Position numbers and translations under genes: made by a program. Below the pieces are notes generated by a model, which saw only the letters and a list, made by a program, of their open reading frames with translations, had not been told where the DNA came from and did not search any database. DNA of 64,000 nt from Oscillospiraceae bacterium (GTDB lineage Bacteria > Bacillota > Clostridia > Oscillospirales > Oscillospiraceae), in NCBI GenBank assembly GCA_009778485.1, contig WRJQ01000002.1:62-64061 (forward strand). Reading direction: 5' to 3'. Numbering within the stretch: position 1 is the stretch's first letter; each line of letters opens with the position of its first letter. This document shows positions 35,748 through 43,711 of this stretch, piece by piece.

Positions 35748-35761
35748 TTAGGAGTTTGAGT

Positions 35762-37714
35762 ATGATAAACGCGTTTGAGGCGTTCCCGCATTTGCTGTCG
35801 CCGATAAAGATAGGGAACGTATTGTTCAGGAACAGGATGTTCGGCGCGCCCATAAACGCTGCGGAGATCGAGTACGACGGGCAGACCCCGATATCCGGCG
35901 TGATGGTCTACGAACGCAAGGCGATGGGCGGCGCAGCCGCGATCATGGTCAGCGAGATAGACGTCGACCCGAGCGAACCCAGGCACGGGCGGTACCCGCG
36001 CGACATCAAGATGAGAACCAACAACAACTACGCGCGCGCCGCAAGCGCAATTACGCGCCAGGGCGCCGTTGCGGCTGCGGAGCTGGAGTTCGCCGGAATC
36101 AACTCGCATAGCAGCGACCCGCTGTGGGGGCCTGTCGACATGACGATGCCCGGCGGCAAGAAAGTCGTCGCGATGAGCGAAGAACGCATTCAAGAAGTGA
36201 TAAACGGCTTCGGAATGTCTGCGGCTGCGGCGAAAAGAGCCGGGTTCGACATGATAGTCCTGCACGGCGCGCACGGGTTCGGGCTGCAGCAGTTCATGTC
36301 GCCTACGATCAACGCCAGGACAGACAGATGGGGCGGGAACCCGGAAAACCGCTGCCGCTTCGCCGTCGAAGCTATAAAGGAGATCCGCCGCGTCTGCGGG
36401 CCCGGCACGCCGATCGAAATACGCATCAGCGGACATGAGATACTGGAAGGCGGGTACGGCATAGACGAAGGCATTCGCATAGCGGAGCAGCTCGACGGAG
36501 TCGCGGACGTTATCCACGTTTCCGTCGGCGCCATCAACCGCTACGAGGCCGGGACCTTTGCGCGCACCCAGCTCAGCATGTTCTACCCCGACGGCAGGAA
36601 TGTAGAGTACGCGGCTGAGATTAAGAATCATTTGACGAAATCGCTCGTCGCCACCGTCGGAGGACTCTGCGATCCGTACCATATGGAGGAAATCATCGCC
36701 TCAGGCCAGGCTGATATTGTCTATATGGCCCGCCAGCTTCTTTGCGACCCGGATATGCCGAACAAAGTGCGCGGCGGGCGCCCGGGGGATATCCGCAAGT
36801 GCATGCGTTGCCTCAGTTGCTTTGCCGAAGGCGTCGGGCACGGCGACCTGCTCTGCGCGCTCAACCCGGAGATTGCCCGCGAAAGGGAAGTTTACTACTC
36901 CCTGCCGCAACCGCGCAGGCAGCGCGTCCTGGTAATAGGCGGAGGCATATCGGGGATGCAGGCTGCGCTCACAGCTGACAGTTGCGGGCATGAAGTAATT
37001 CTGTGCGAAAAGGGCGGCGAACTCGGAGGAAACATTCTTTGCGAAGCAAACGTCCCCTTTAAGGAGCACCTGCATGAATATATCCTGCAGCAAAGGATGT
37101 TTATTGAAAGAACCGGGATCGATGTGCGCCTTAATACTGAGGTCTCCACCGAGTACGCGACCATCCTCCAGCCCGACGCGATCATCGCCGCCGTCGGCTC
37201 TGAACCGGTCGTGCCGGCTATTCCCGGCATCGGAGGCGCGAATGTCCATCAGGCGATCGACGTGTTTAGGGAGCCTTCCCTCGCGAGCGGGAAGACAGTG
37301 ATTCTTGGCGCAGGTTTCGTCGGGACGGAGCTTGCTATATATCTCCACAATGAGTTCAACATTGAGTGCGAGATAGTAGAGATGCTGAGCACGATAAGCG
37401 ATGGCGGCAATCATTGCCAGAAACAGGCGATCGAAGACGTCATCGCCCAGAAGTGCATACCCATACATTTCGATACAAAGGCCATCGAGATAACGTCCGG
37501 CGGAGTGAAATGCCTGGGGCCGGAAGGCGAAGTGACGTATAGCGCTGATACGGTTATTCACGCGGCAGGCATGAGCCCGCTGCAGGAAGAGGCTCTCAAG
37601 TTCTACCGCTGCGCGGGCGTGTTCCACATGGTCGGCGAGTGCCGAAAGGCCGCTGACATCCTCTTCGCCACCAGTTCGGCATACACAGCGGCAAGGCTCA
37701 TCGGGAGGTACTAA
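35762..37714 (+). CDS. FMN/[4Fe-4S]/FAD ene-reductase, paralogue 2
   Basis: Colinear with paralogue 1 from MINAFEAFPHLLSP (versus MINAYETFPHLLTP). ATG 35762 lies 7 nt after AGGAG. Confidence 0.8.
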   Translation: MINAFEAFPHLLSPIKIGNVLFRNRMFGAPINAAEIEYDGQTPISGVMVYERKAMGGAAAIMVSEIDVDPSEPRHGRYPRDIKMRTNNNYARAASAITRQGAVAAAELEFAGINSHSSDPLWGPVDMTMPGGKKVVAMSEERIQEVINGFGMSAAAAKRAGFDMIVLHGAHGFGLQQFMSPTINARTDRWGGNPENRCRFAVEAIKEIRRVCGPGTPIEIRISGHEILEGGYGIDEGIRIAEQLDGVADVIHVSVGAINRYEAGTFARTQLSMFYPDGRNVEYAAEIKNHLTKSLVATVGGLCDPYHMEEIIASGQADIVYMARQLLCDPDMPNKVRGGRPGDIRKCMRCLSCFAEGVGHGDLLCALNPEIAREREVYYSLPQPRRQRVLVIGGGISGMQAALTADSCGHEVILCEKGGELGGNILCEANVPFKEHLHEYILQQRMFIERTGIDVRLNTEVSTEYATILQPDAIIAAVGSEPVVPAIPGIGGANVHQAIDVFREPSLASGKTVILGAGFVGTELAIYLHNEFNIECEIVEMLSTISDGGNHCQKQAIEDVIAQKCIPIHFDTKAIEITSGGVKCLGPEGEVTYSADTVIHAAGMSPLQEEALKFYRCAGVFHMVGECRKAADILFATSSAYTAARLIGRY

Positions 37715-38523
37715 TGTTTGTATTGGGCGTCGATATAGGTTCGTCAGCGTCGAAGTGCGTGATACTTCGCATCGCCGCGGATGACGCCGCTGACAGCTCC
37801 GCTGCCGCAGCCACAGCCACAGCTCCGGTCGTCATATCGACCGCCGTGGCTGTGGGAGGCGCGGGAACAGGCGGCCCCGGCAGGGCTATCGACGCGGCGC
37901 TCGAGGACGCAGGGATATCAGACGCCGACCTGAGCAAAGTCGCCGCCACAGGTTACGGCCGTAACACCTTCGAGCGTGCCGACGTTACCTTCAGCGAGCT
38001 TAGCTGCCACGCAAAAGGCGCCGTGTTCATCATGCCCGGCGTCCGGACCGTCATTGATATCGGAGGCCAAGACTGCAAAGCGATGCAGCTCGACGCAAGC
38101 GGCAGGCTCGAGAACTTCGCCATGAACGACAAATGCGCCGCCGGAACGGGGCGCTTCCTGGAGGTCATGGCGCGAGTGCTGGAGATAGGCTTGCCGGAAA
38201 TGGGCAGATACGGAGAAGAGGCGGAAAGCGTCATCGAAATCACGTCGACATGCACGGTCTTTGCCGAGTCTGAAGTCATATCGCAGTTATCGAAAGGCGC
38301 GGATAAACGCGCGCTCGTCGCGGGTATCCACCGCTCTGTGGCAGCCAAGGCTGCAAGCATAGCCAAGAGGCTGAAGGTCGTGCAGCCGATATTCTTCACG
38401 GGTGGGGTATCGCAGAACACGGCGGTGGTCAAAGCGCTTGCGCGCGAGCTGAAGGCGGACGTGCAAACAGCCCCGTCAGCGCAACTGGCCGGGGCCCTCG
38501 GAGCAGCTCTTATGGCGCAGTAA
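37714..38523 (+). CDS. HgdC/BcrAD_BadFG-type ATP-dependent reductive activase (archerase)
   Basis: GVDIGSSASKCVIL, DIGGQDCKAM, NDKCAAGTGRFLE, TSTCTVFAESEVISQLSKG and GGVSQN motifs. The ATG overlaps the upstream TAA (TAATG), with GGGAGG 5 nt upstream. Confidence 0.85.
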   Translation: MFVLGVDIGSSASKCVILRIAADDAADSSAAAATATAPVVISTAVAVGGAGTGGPGRAIDAALEDAGISDADLSKVAATGYGRNTFERADVTFSELSCHAKGAVFIMPGVRTVIDIGGQDCKAMQLDASGRLENFAMNDKCAAGTGRFLEVMARVLEIGLPEMGRYGEEAESVIEITSTCTVFAESEVISQLSKGADKRALVAGIHRSVAAKAASIAKRLKVVQPIFFTGGVSQNTAVVKALARELKADVQTAPSAQLAGALGAALMAQ

Positions 38524-38642
38524 ATGCCCCCGATGCGATGCGTTCCGCATCGCGCTGCGCACGAAGGGGGTGGCGCTCGCAAGCGCGGGGGGTTGTCCGG
38601 CGTCCGAAGGACGCTTAAACTTGTCGTTGGGGGAACAGATTA

Positions 38643-39968
38643 CTAACGTGAGGCTCTAGCCGGGCCGACTTTTCGCAAGAGGATCGCCGCCAGCGCGATA
38701 GCCGCAAGCAAGCAGCCGATGCTGCCGGCGTACATTGCCCGGTAGCCGGAGTTGTCGACGACGACGCCCCAGACAAAACTGCCGACAGCGAGCCCGACGT
38801 CCAGAGGGAAAATATACGTCGCCATCGCCGCGCCGCGCCGCGATTCGGGAGCCATCCTCACGACGGTAGCCTGCATCACGGGGCCGGAAATGCCATTCGC
38901 CACGCCTGCGGTCGCTCCGGCGATATAGAAGAGCGTATGGTTTTCGGGAGCGAGCATAAGGCAGGTGAACGCTGCGGCATTGATAGCGATACCAAGAACT
39001 ATCATATATACAGGCTTGAAACGATCCGCCAGCCTGCCCGTAAAGAGCCTGAAACACACCATGAAAACAGCGGATAACGTATAATACAAAACAGGGTTAG
39101 GCACGCCGATGTGGAACGCGTATGCCATCAGAAACGTGAGATTCGCGCCCTGGGCCATCGAAGTGAAAAGCATGATAGCCGAGCAAGGCAGAGCCGACTT
39201 CTCAAAGTAGGCGGCGAGCCCGCGTGGCTCGTCAGGCTTTTTGCTCTTTTTTTCTGTGGCACTGCTGTCACTGCGTGACTTCTCCCCGGCATCGTCGGTA
39301 TCGCCGGCATCGTCGGTATCGCCGGCATCGCCTGCATAGCCGGTAGTCTCGTCGGAAATTCCCGTTTTCGGGCGTATGCGCCCTACAGCCTTCTCATAAT
39401 TGCAAAAGAGCATGACGACAGGCACAGCGAAAATGATCCCTGCGGCGATATAGAAAATCGTGCTGAAGCTGCCTGCAGCGATAAGTCCGGCCGTAATGCC
39501 CGGACCCACAACGTTGGTCAGAGGCTGCGTCAGCCCGAAATACCCCAGCCCCTCCGCCATGCGTTCTTTTGGTATGACGTCGGTGATTGCGACAGAAATC
39601 GTCGTGGAAGCTATCGACATACCGGCTCCGCGCACGATATTTATTACTGATAAGGCTCCGAGGCTCGGGAACACGTTGAAAGAAAGCGCTGACAGCCCGA
39701 AGATAACCGAACCGGCTATTATCAAGCCTCTGCGGCCGACTTTATCGGAAGTCCTGCCTGTGAGTATGCGCATCACGGTGGCCGAAGCCGCCGTCAACGT
39801 CAAGGTGAAACCCGCGAACTTTGCAGTACCGCCAAGCGACTCAACATGAAGGGCCCGGGAGGTATCCAGCAACTGGCTCCCGAGGTTTGTACAGGCATTG
39901 CACAGCATAATGACGAAGAAGTAGATCGTGAATAAGCGGACCTTTGGCACTGCCTCCGCCGACAGCAA
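38643..39968 (-). CDS. MFS transporter with an acidic central-loop insertion
   Basis: 12 TM pattern with DKVGRR motif. The start is placed at in-frame TTG 39968 or GTG 39950, after the upstream gene's stop. The track ORF to 40163 overlaps that gene. Confidence 0.6.
   Translation of the reverse strand: MLSAEAVPKVRLFTIYFFVIMLCNACTNLGSQLLDTSRALHVESLGGTAKFAGFTLTLTAASATVMRILTGRTSDKVGRRGLIIAGSVIFGLSALSFNVFPSLGALSVINIVRGAGMSIASTTISVAITDVIPKERMAEGLGYFGLTQPLTNVVGPGITAGLIAAGSFSTIFYIAAGIIFAVPVVMLFCNYEKAVGRIRPKTGISDETTGYAGDAGDTDDAGDTDDAGEKSRSDSSATEKKSKKPDEPRGLAAYFEKSALPCSAIMLFTSMAQGANLTFLMAYAFHIGVPNPVLYYTLSAVFMVCFRLFTGRLADRFKPVYMIVLGIAINAAAFTCLMLAPENHTLFYIAGATAGVANGISGPVMQATVVRMAPESRRGAAMATYIFPLDVGLAVGSFVWGVVVDNSGYRAMYAGSIGCLLAAIALAAILLRKVGPARASR
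39286..39335. repeat. In-frame 18-bp tandem repeat (about 2.5 units) inside the MFS gene
   Basis: CCGGCATCGTCGGTATCG at 39286-39303 and 39304-39321, plus a partial third unit. It encodes (DAGDTD)n. Confidence 0.9.
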
Positions 39969-39982
39969 AGGCTCCTTACGGC

Positions 39983-40903
39983 TCAAGCTTTCTGCTCCGG
40001 TCGCCTTGGCTGATACTCGCAAGGAATACCGGACTGGCACTTGCCGCAGCCGTAGCGCGGCGTGTACTTTGCGCAGGTTTTTCCGATGTAGCCGCCGCAG
40101 ATGGAATGATCCTTGCCCGGCCTGTCCGGGAAATGCGCCTGAGCCGGACAGCGGCGGACACATGCGCCGCAGCGATTGCAGTACCCAAGCCAGTCGTCGT
40201 AATCAGGCACGTCGGGCTCGACGTCCCAGTCCGTGACGACGCTGACGAGTCTGCCCGCGCAGCCGACTCTCGATATGAAGTTCGTCGATAGCCCGAAAGT
40301 GCCAAGGCCGGAAACCATGCCTACATGCCTCTCCGACCAGTTCGATGAGTACTGCGGAACATGCTCCGTGCCGGGAGCGGGGTTCGGGCCCACCTGCATG
40401 ATGAACCTGTCCTCGGTGTAGGGCGTAACAGCCTTGTGGCCATCCTCGATCAAGGCGTCGCGGATCATCGCGCCGAGAGCCAGCAAGTACTTTTGCCCGT
40501 CCACGCGCGTGTATAGCCACTCCATCGCGGGCTCGTTGGGGTCTTCTTTGTTTGCTTCGACCGTGCTGCGGCTGTATGGCAGGAAGAATGAAATCACCGA
40601 CCTGGCTTCGGGCATCCAGTCAGCAGGCACGAAGTGATGCTTGCCGACCACTTCCGGACGCTTGAGATCCATGAACCCGGGCGCGTCCGCCCTGCAAACG
40701 GAGAAAACTGAGTGCCCGAAGAACTTCATGCCGTCGTACTTGCCGAAGTCTTCCTTCACGGGAGCCTCCCCGGTAGCGCGTTGGAGGTTGTTTTTCGCGT
40801 AGTTGTTCGCGTCCGCGTCAGCTCCGCTGTCCCTTCCCAGATAATTAGTCGGCGAGTTATCGCAGAAATCGTCTATCAATTTTTGAAGTTTTTCCCTTGT
40901 CAT
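39983..40903 (-). CDS. 4Fe-4S dicluster protein of the QueG / reductive-dehalogenase-like type
   Basis: 306 aa from ATG 40903. C-terminal CNRCGACVRRCP plus C...CGKCQSGIPC. Often annotated as epoxyqueuosine reductase-like. Confidence 0.5.
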   Translation of the reverse strand: MTREKLQKLIDDFCDNSPTNYLGRDSGADADANNYAKNNLQRATGEAPVKEDFGKYDGMKFFGHSVFSVCRADAPGFMDLKRPEVVGKHHFVPADWMPEARSVISFFLPYSRSTVEANKEDPNEPAMEWLYTRVDGQKYLLALGAMIRDALIEDGHKAVTPYTEDRFIMQVGPNPAPGTEHVPQYSSNWSERHVGMVSGLGTFGLSTNFISRVGCAGRLVSVVTDWDVEPDVPDYDDWLGYCNRCGACVRRCPAQAHFPDRPGKDHSICGGYIGKTCAKYTPRYGCGKCQSGIPCEYQPRRPEQKA

Positions 40904-40979
40904 GCCGGTCCCCTCGCTTTCATCATCGATAAACCGATAATACCAGAAACTCGGCTGTAATACAAGGTGCGATATTGTA

Positions 40980-41008
40980 TTGACACGCTTTGGTGAAAAT
41001 GGTAAACT
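40980..41008 (+). promoter_or_regulatory. Promoter of the Mrp-like operon
   Basis: TTGACA (40980-40985), 17 nt, TGgTAAACT (TAAACT 41003-41008). Confidence 0.6.
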
Positions 41009-41047
41009 ACGCGTAGCAACAAACACGCGGCTGACGAGGGGGCTTCG

Positions 41048-41512
41048 ATGCTTCTTATTATTTTCATTCTCTGGGTGATATTCAACGGCAGATTAACGCC
41101 GGAAACGGCGCTGCCCGGCGTTGCGATCAGCGCGGCGCTGTTTTGGTTCGCTTACAAATACATGAACTACAAACCGGGCAACGATATTAAAATCGTCCGG
41201 TTTTTTTTGCGCGGCTTGCGGTATGCAGGCGTTGTTTTTTTGGAGACGGTCAAGTCGAATATTTACGTGACGAAAATCGTATTCTCGAGGAAGATAAACA
41301 TCGACCCGCAGATGGTGTTTTTCAAGACTAGCCTGAGAACAGAGGCTGCGCGGGTAGTCCTTGCAAACTCGATAACGCTTACCCCGGGAACGTTGACCGT
41401 TGTGCTCACAGACGGGATATTTTGCGTGCATTGCCTCAAAAGCGACTTGTCGGAAGGAATCGATAAGTCGCTTTTCGTAGAGCAGCTCAGGAGGTTCGAA
41501 ACCCCGCGTTAG
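41048..41512 (+). CDS. Mrp/Mnh antiporter subunit E-like
   Basis: 154 aa with two N-terminal TM segments. It occupies the first position of the cluster. Confidence 0.55.
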   Translation: MLLIIFILWVIFNGRLTPETALPGVAISAALFWFAYKYMNYKPGNDIKIVRFFLRGLRYAGVVFLETVKSNIYVTKIVFSRKINIDPQMVFFKTSLRTEAARVVLANSITLTPGTLTVVLTDGIFCVHCLKSDLSEGIDKSLFVEQLRRFETPR

Positions 41513-41516
41513 TACC

Positions 41517-41541
41517 GGGAGTTTTGTCCAAGGCTCCTGGG
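41517..41541. repeat. 25-nt element GGGAGTTTTGTCCAAGGCTCCTGGG, copy 2
   Basis: It lies in the 43-nt spacer between the subunit E and F genes. 24/25 identical to 21988-22012. Confidence 0.85.
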
Positions 41542-41555
41542 AAGGAGATATAAAG

Positions 41556-41903
41556 TTGATCGTTGAAAATGCATATTTCATACTGCGCTGGGCGAGCCTG
41601 CTGACCCTCTCCGTCACGATATTCGCGTGTCTATTCCGTGCAGTGCTCGGCCCGAGATTCACGGACAGAGTCGTGTCTGTGAACATAATATGCACAAAAG
41701 CAATCGTTATGATATCAATCGTATCGTTTATACTCGGAGACAGCAGCCTGATAGACATCGCCATCGTCTACGCGATGATCAGCTTCCTCGCGATAATCGT
41801 ATTGTCAAAATGCTATCTCCACAGAAAACGCATCAGCCCGGTACACATTGACAGCGCCGCTTCCCCGGTGGGGAAAAGCGTCGGCGATAGCGCGGATCGC
41901 TGA
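41556..41903 (+). CDS. Mrp/Mnh antiporter subunit F-like
   Basis: The LGPRFTDRVVSVN motif resembles the MrpF GPxxxDR signature. TTG start lies after AAGGAG. Confidence 0.55.
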   Translation: MIVENAYFILRWASLLTLSVTIFACLFRAVLGPRFTDRVVSVNIICTKAIVMISIVSFILGDSSLIDIAIVYAMISFLAIIVLSKCYLHRKRISPVHIDSAASPVGKSVGDSADR

Positions 41904-41960
41904 GTTGCTGACAAAGCCGCCCTGTAGCGGGCGCACGAGTAATGAAAGGTTGTGCATCAA

Positions 41961-42299
41961 ATGCAGGTTTTGCAATGGATAAGATTTGGCACGGCCGCCC
42001 TGTTGATGGCTGCCGGACTCTTCGCGTTCGTCACGTCAGTAATTGGGATATACAGGTTCAATTACGTCCTCAACCGCATCCATGTCGCGGCGAAATGCGA
42101 CACAATGGGCATATTCCTTACCCTTTCATCCCTAATGGTCATGTCGGGGTTTAACGTAACCACGCTGAAACTCCTATTGCTGATAGTCTTGATGTGGCTT
42201 GTAAACCCCGTATCAAGCCACCTGATCGCGCACCTGGAAGCGGAGACAAACCCGGACGTCATAGAGGAATGCGAGGTGATCCACTTTGACCTTGATTGA
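41961..42299 (+). CDS. Mrp/Mnh antiporter subunit G-like
   Basis: YRFNYVLNRIHVAAKCDTMG resembles the MnhG R.H...K..T.G motif. Three TM segments. Confidence 0.6.
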   Translation: MQVLQWIRFGTAALLMAAGLFAFVTSVIGIYRFNYVLNRIHVAAKCDTMGIFLTLSSLMVMSGFNVTTLKLLLLIVLMWLVNPVSSHLIAHLEAETNPDVIEECEVIHFDLD

Positions 42300-42567
42300 G
42301 GTGCTCCTGCTGGCATTCCTCGTGGTGGCGGCAATAACCGTCTGCGCGACGAAGCACCTGCTCGCTTCTGTCATCATATTCGCGTCGTACAGCGTCGTCA
42401 TGTCGATACTGTGGATCCTTCTGGCGTCGCCCGATCTCGGAATTACTGAAGCCGCCGTGGGCGCGGGCATTACGAGCATACTGCTCTTCGTAGTGCTCAA
42501 ACGCATTCGCGTTATGGAAGACGAGGAAAAAGGAAAGGATACCGGCAACAATGGAGACGAAGACTGA
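42286..42567 (+). CDS. Small membrane subunit (MbhD / MnhB N-terminal-like, DUF4040-type)
   Basis: 93 aa with three TM segments. It overlaps its neighbours on both sides. Confidence 0.45.
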   Translation: MTLIEVLLLAFLVVAAITVCATKHLLASVIIFASYSVVMSILWILLASPDLGITEAAVGAGITSILLFVVLKRIRVMEDEEKGKDTGNNGDED

Positions 42568-43327
42568 GAAAAGCCGCGACCGCGCGTTTTCAATCTTCTA
42601 TAGCGCGCTTTGCGCATTGTTTTGCTTATGCCTGCTGAGCGTGCTCCTCGTCATGGCCGCAAAGCTGCCCCCGTTTGGGGATCCGGGCAATCCGTCGAAT
42701 AACGAAGTCCCGAGCCGGTATATAGAACAAGGCCCTGCGGAGACCGGCGCGGTTAACATCGTCGCCGCAATGATACTGGAGTACAGGGGGTTCGACACAT
42801 TCGGCGAATCATGCGTGCTCTTCGTTGCGGTATGCGCTGTGCTGGCGCTGCTGCGCAATGAAGAACGCGACGCGTTCGACGAGCTGCTGCACGATATGGA
42901 AGAGTCGACGCACGACGTCATCCTGAAGGGCGTATCCCGTGTAGTCGCGCCCATGATAGCAGCCTTTGGCGCCTATGTCATTGTGAACGGGCATCTGAGC
43001 CCCGGCGGAGGGTTTTCTGGAGGCGCCATACTTGGCTCGTCGATGATGCTCTACGCATTTTCATTTGGGACGAGGGAAGCAAGGCGTATTCTGTCGTATG
43101 ACAACTGCAGGAGAGTAATGACAGCCGCGCTGCTTCTTTACGCGCTGATCAAAGGCTACTCGATGTTCATGGGAGCAAACGGTTACAGCACAGGGGTATC
43201 GCCGGGGGCGCCGGGGAGGATTTTCAGCGCGGGGCTGATCTTGCCGCTTAATATTGCGGTCGGGCTGATAGTTGCGTGCACGATGTACATACTGTGCATA
43301 CTGTTCAGCAAAGGGGAGATGCGGTAA
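42551..43327 (+). CDS. Mrp/Mnh antiporter subunit B-like
   Basis: NIVAAMILEYRGFDTFGESCVLFVAV matches the MnhB-domain core. Confidence 0.55.
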   Translation: METKTEKSRDRAFSIFYSALCALFCLCLLSVLLVMAAKLPPFGDPGNPSNNEVPSRYIEQGPAETGAVNIVAAMILEYRGFDTFGESCVLFVAVCAVLALLRNEERDAFDELLHDMEESTHDVILKGVSRVVAPMIAAFGAYVIVNGHLSPGGGFSGGAILGSSMMLYAFSFGTREARRILSYDNCRRVMTAALLLYALIKGYSMFMGANGYSTGVSPGAPGRIFSAGLILPLNIAVGLIVACTMYILCILFSKGEMR

Positions 43328-43707
43328 TGGCGGGCGGATTGCTGAACAATTACTACGATGTCGTGGCGGTCATATTATTCTGCATAGGGTTCACCACGCT
43401 GTTTCTCAACCGGAACCTTGTTAAAAAAATCATCGGGCTGAACATCGTCGACACGTCCGTCTATCTTTTCCTTGCGGCCAAAGGCTACATTACCGGACGG
43501 GCCGCCCCTGTGATAAAAGACGGAGTAGCGTCGGCGGAAGCGTATATAAATCCGATACCCGCAGGGCTGATACTTACCGGGATCGTCATATCGGTCAGCG
43601 TCACCGCGTTCTCGCTCGCCTTGATACTAAACCTCTATAAAAAGTATGAGACGCTCGATTTGGACGAAATACTAAGGCTTGCCGCGGCGGCTAAGGAGGA
43701 TGAGTAA
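43327..43707 (+). CDS. Mrp subunit C / NuoK-like
   Basis: About 126 aa with three TM segments. The ATG overlaps the upstream TAA (TAATG). Confidence 0.6.
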   Translation: MAGGLLNNYYDVVAVILFCIGFTTLFLNRNLVKKIIGLNIVDTSVYLFLAAKGYITGRAAPVIKDGVASAEAYINPIPAGLILTGIVISVSVTAFSLALILNLYKKYETLDLDEILRLAAAAKEDE

Positions 43708-43711
43708 CGGG

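Noticed and set aside
35690-35754. The idea that the run of TAG codons relates to pyrrolysine (UAG) decoding, given the corrinoid methyltransferases nearby.
   Set aside because: None of the methyltransferase genes here is interrupted by an in-frame TAG, and no MttB/MtbB/MtmB-type or pyl gene is visible. A series of identical UAGs would not act as a fail-safe stop in a UAG-suppressing organism.
35741-37627. Two long antisense ORFs (313 and 308 aa) covering the second ene-reductase. Similar cases occur at 49933-51111 (antisense to pnp), 62975-63943 (antisense to the ATPase), 13935-14642, 2690-3445 and 32603-33178.
   Set aside because: They mirror strongly supported sense genes, have no SD or start context, and have Arg/Ala/Pro-rich low-complexity composition typical of open antisense frames in GC-rich coding DNA.
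39969-40163. N-terminal extension of the MFS ORF (track 38643..40163) overlapping the QueG-like gene by about 180 nt.
   Set aside because: The extension is Arg-rich and non-membrane, and it overlaps the C-terminus of a well-supported gene. In-frame TTG/GTG starts with AAGGAG/GGAGG lie just after that gene's stop.
41093-41764. 223-aa minus-strand ORF across the Mrp subunit E/F genes, and the 268-aa ORF at 44453-45259 antisense to the antiporter subunit.
   Set aside because: Both are antisense to membrane-protein genes with clear family motifs. They have basic, low-complexity translations and no start context.
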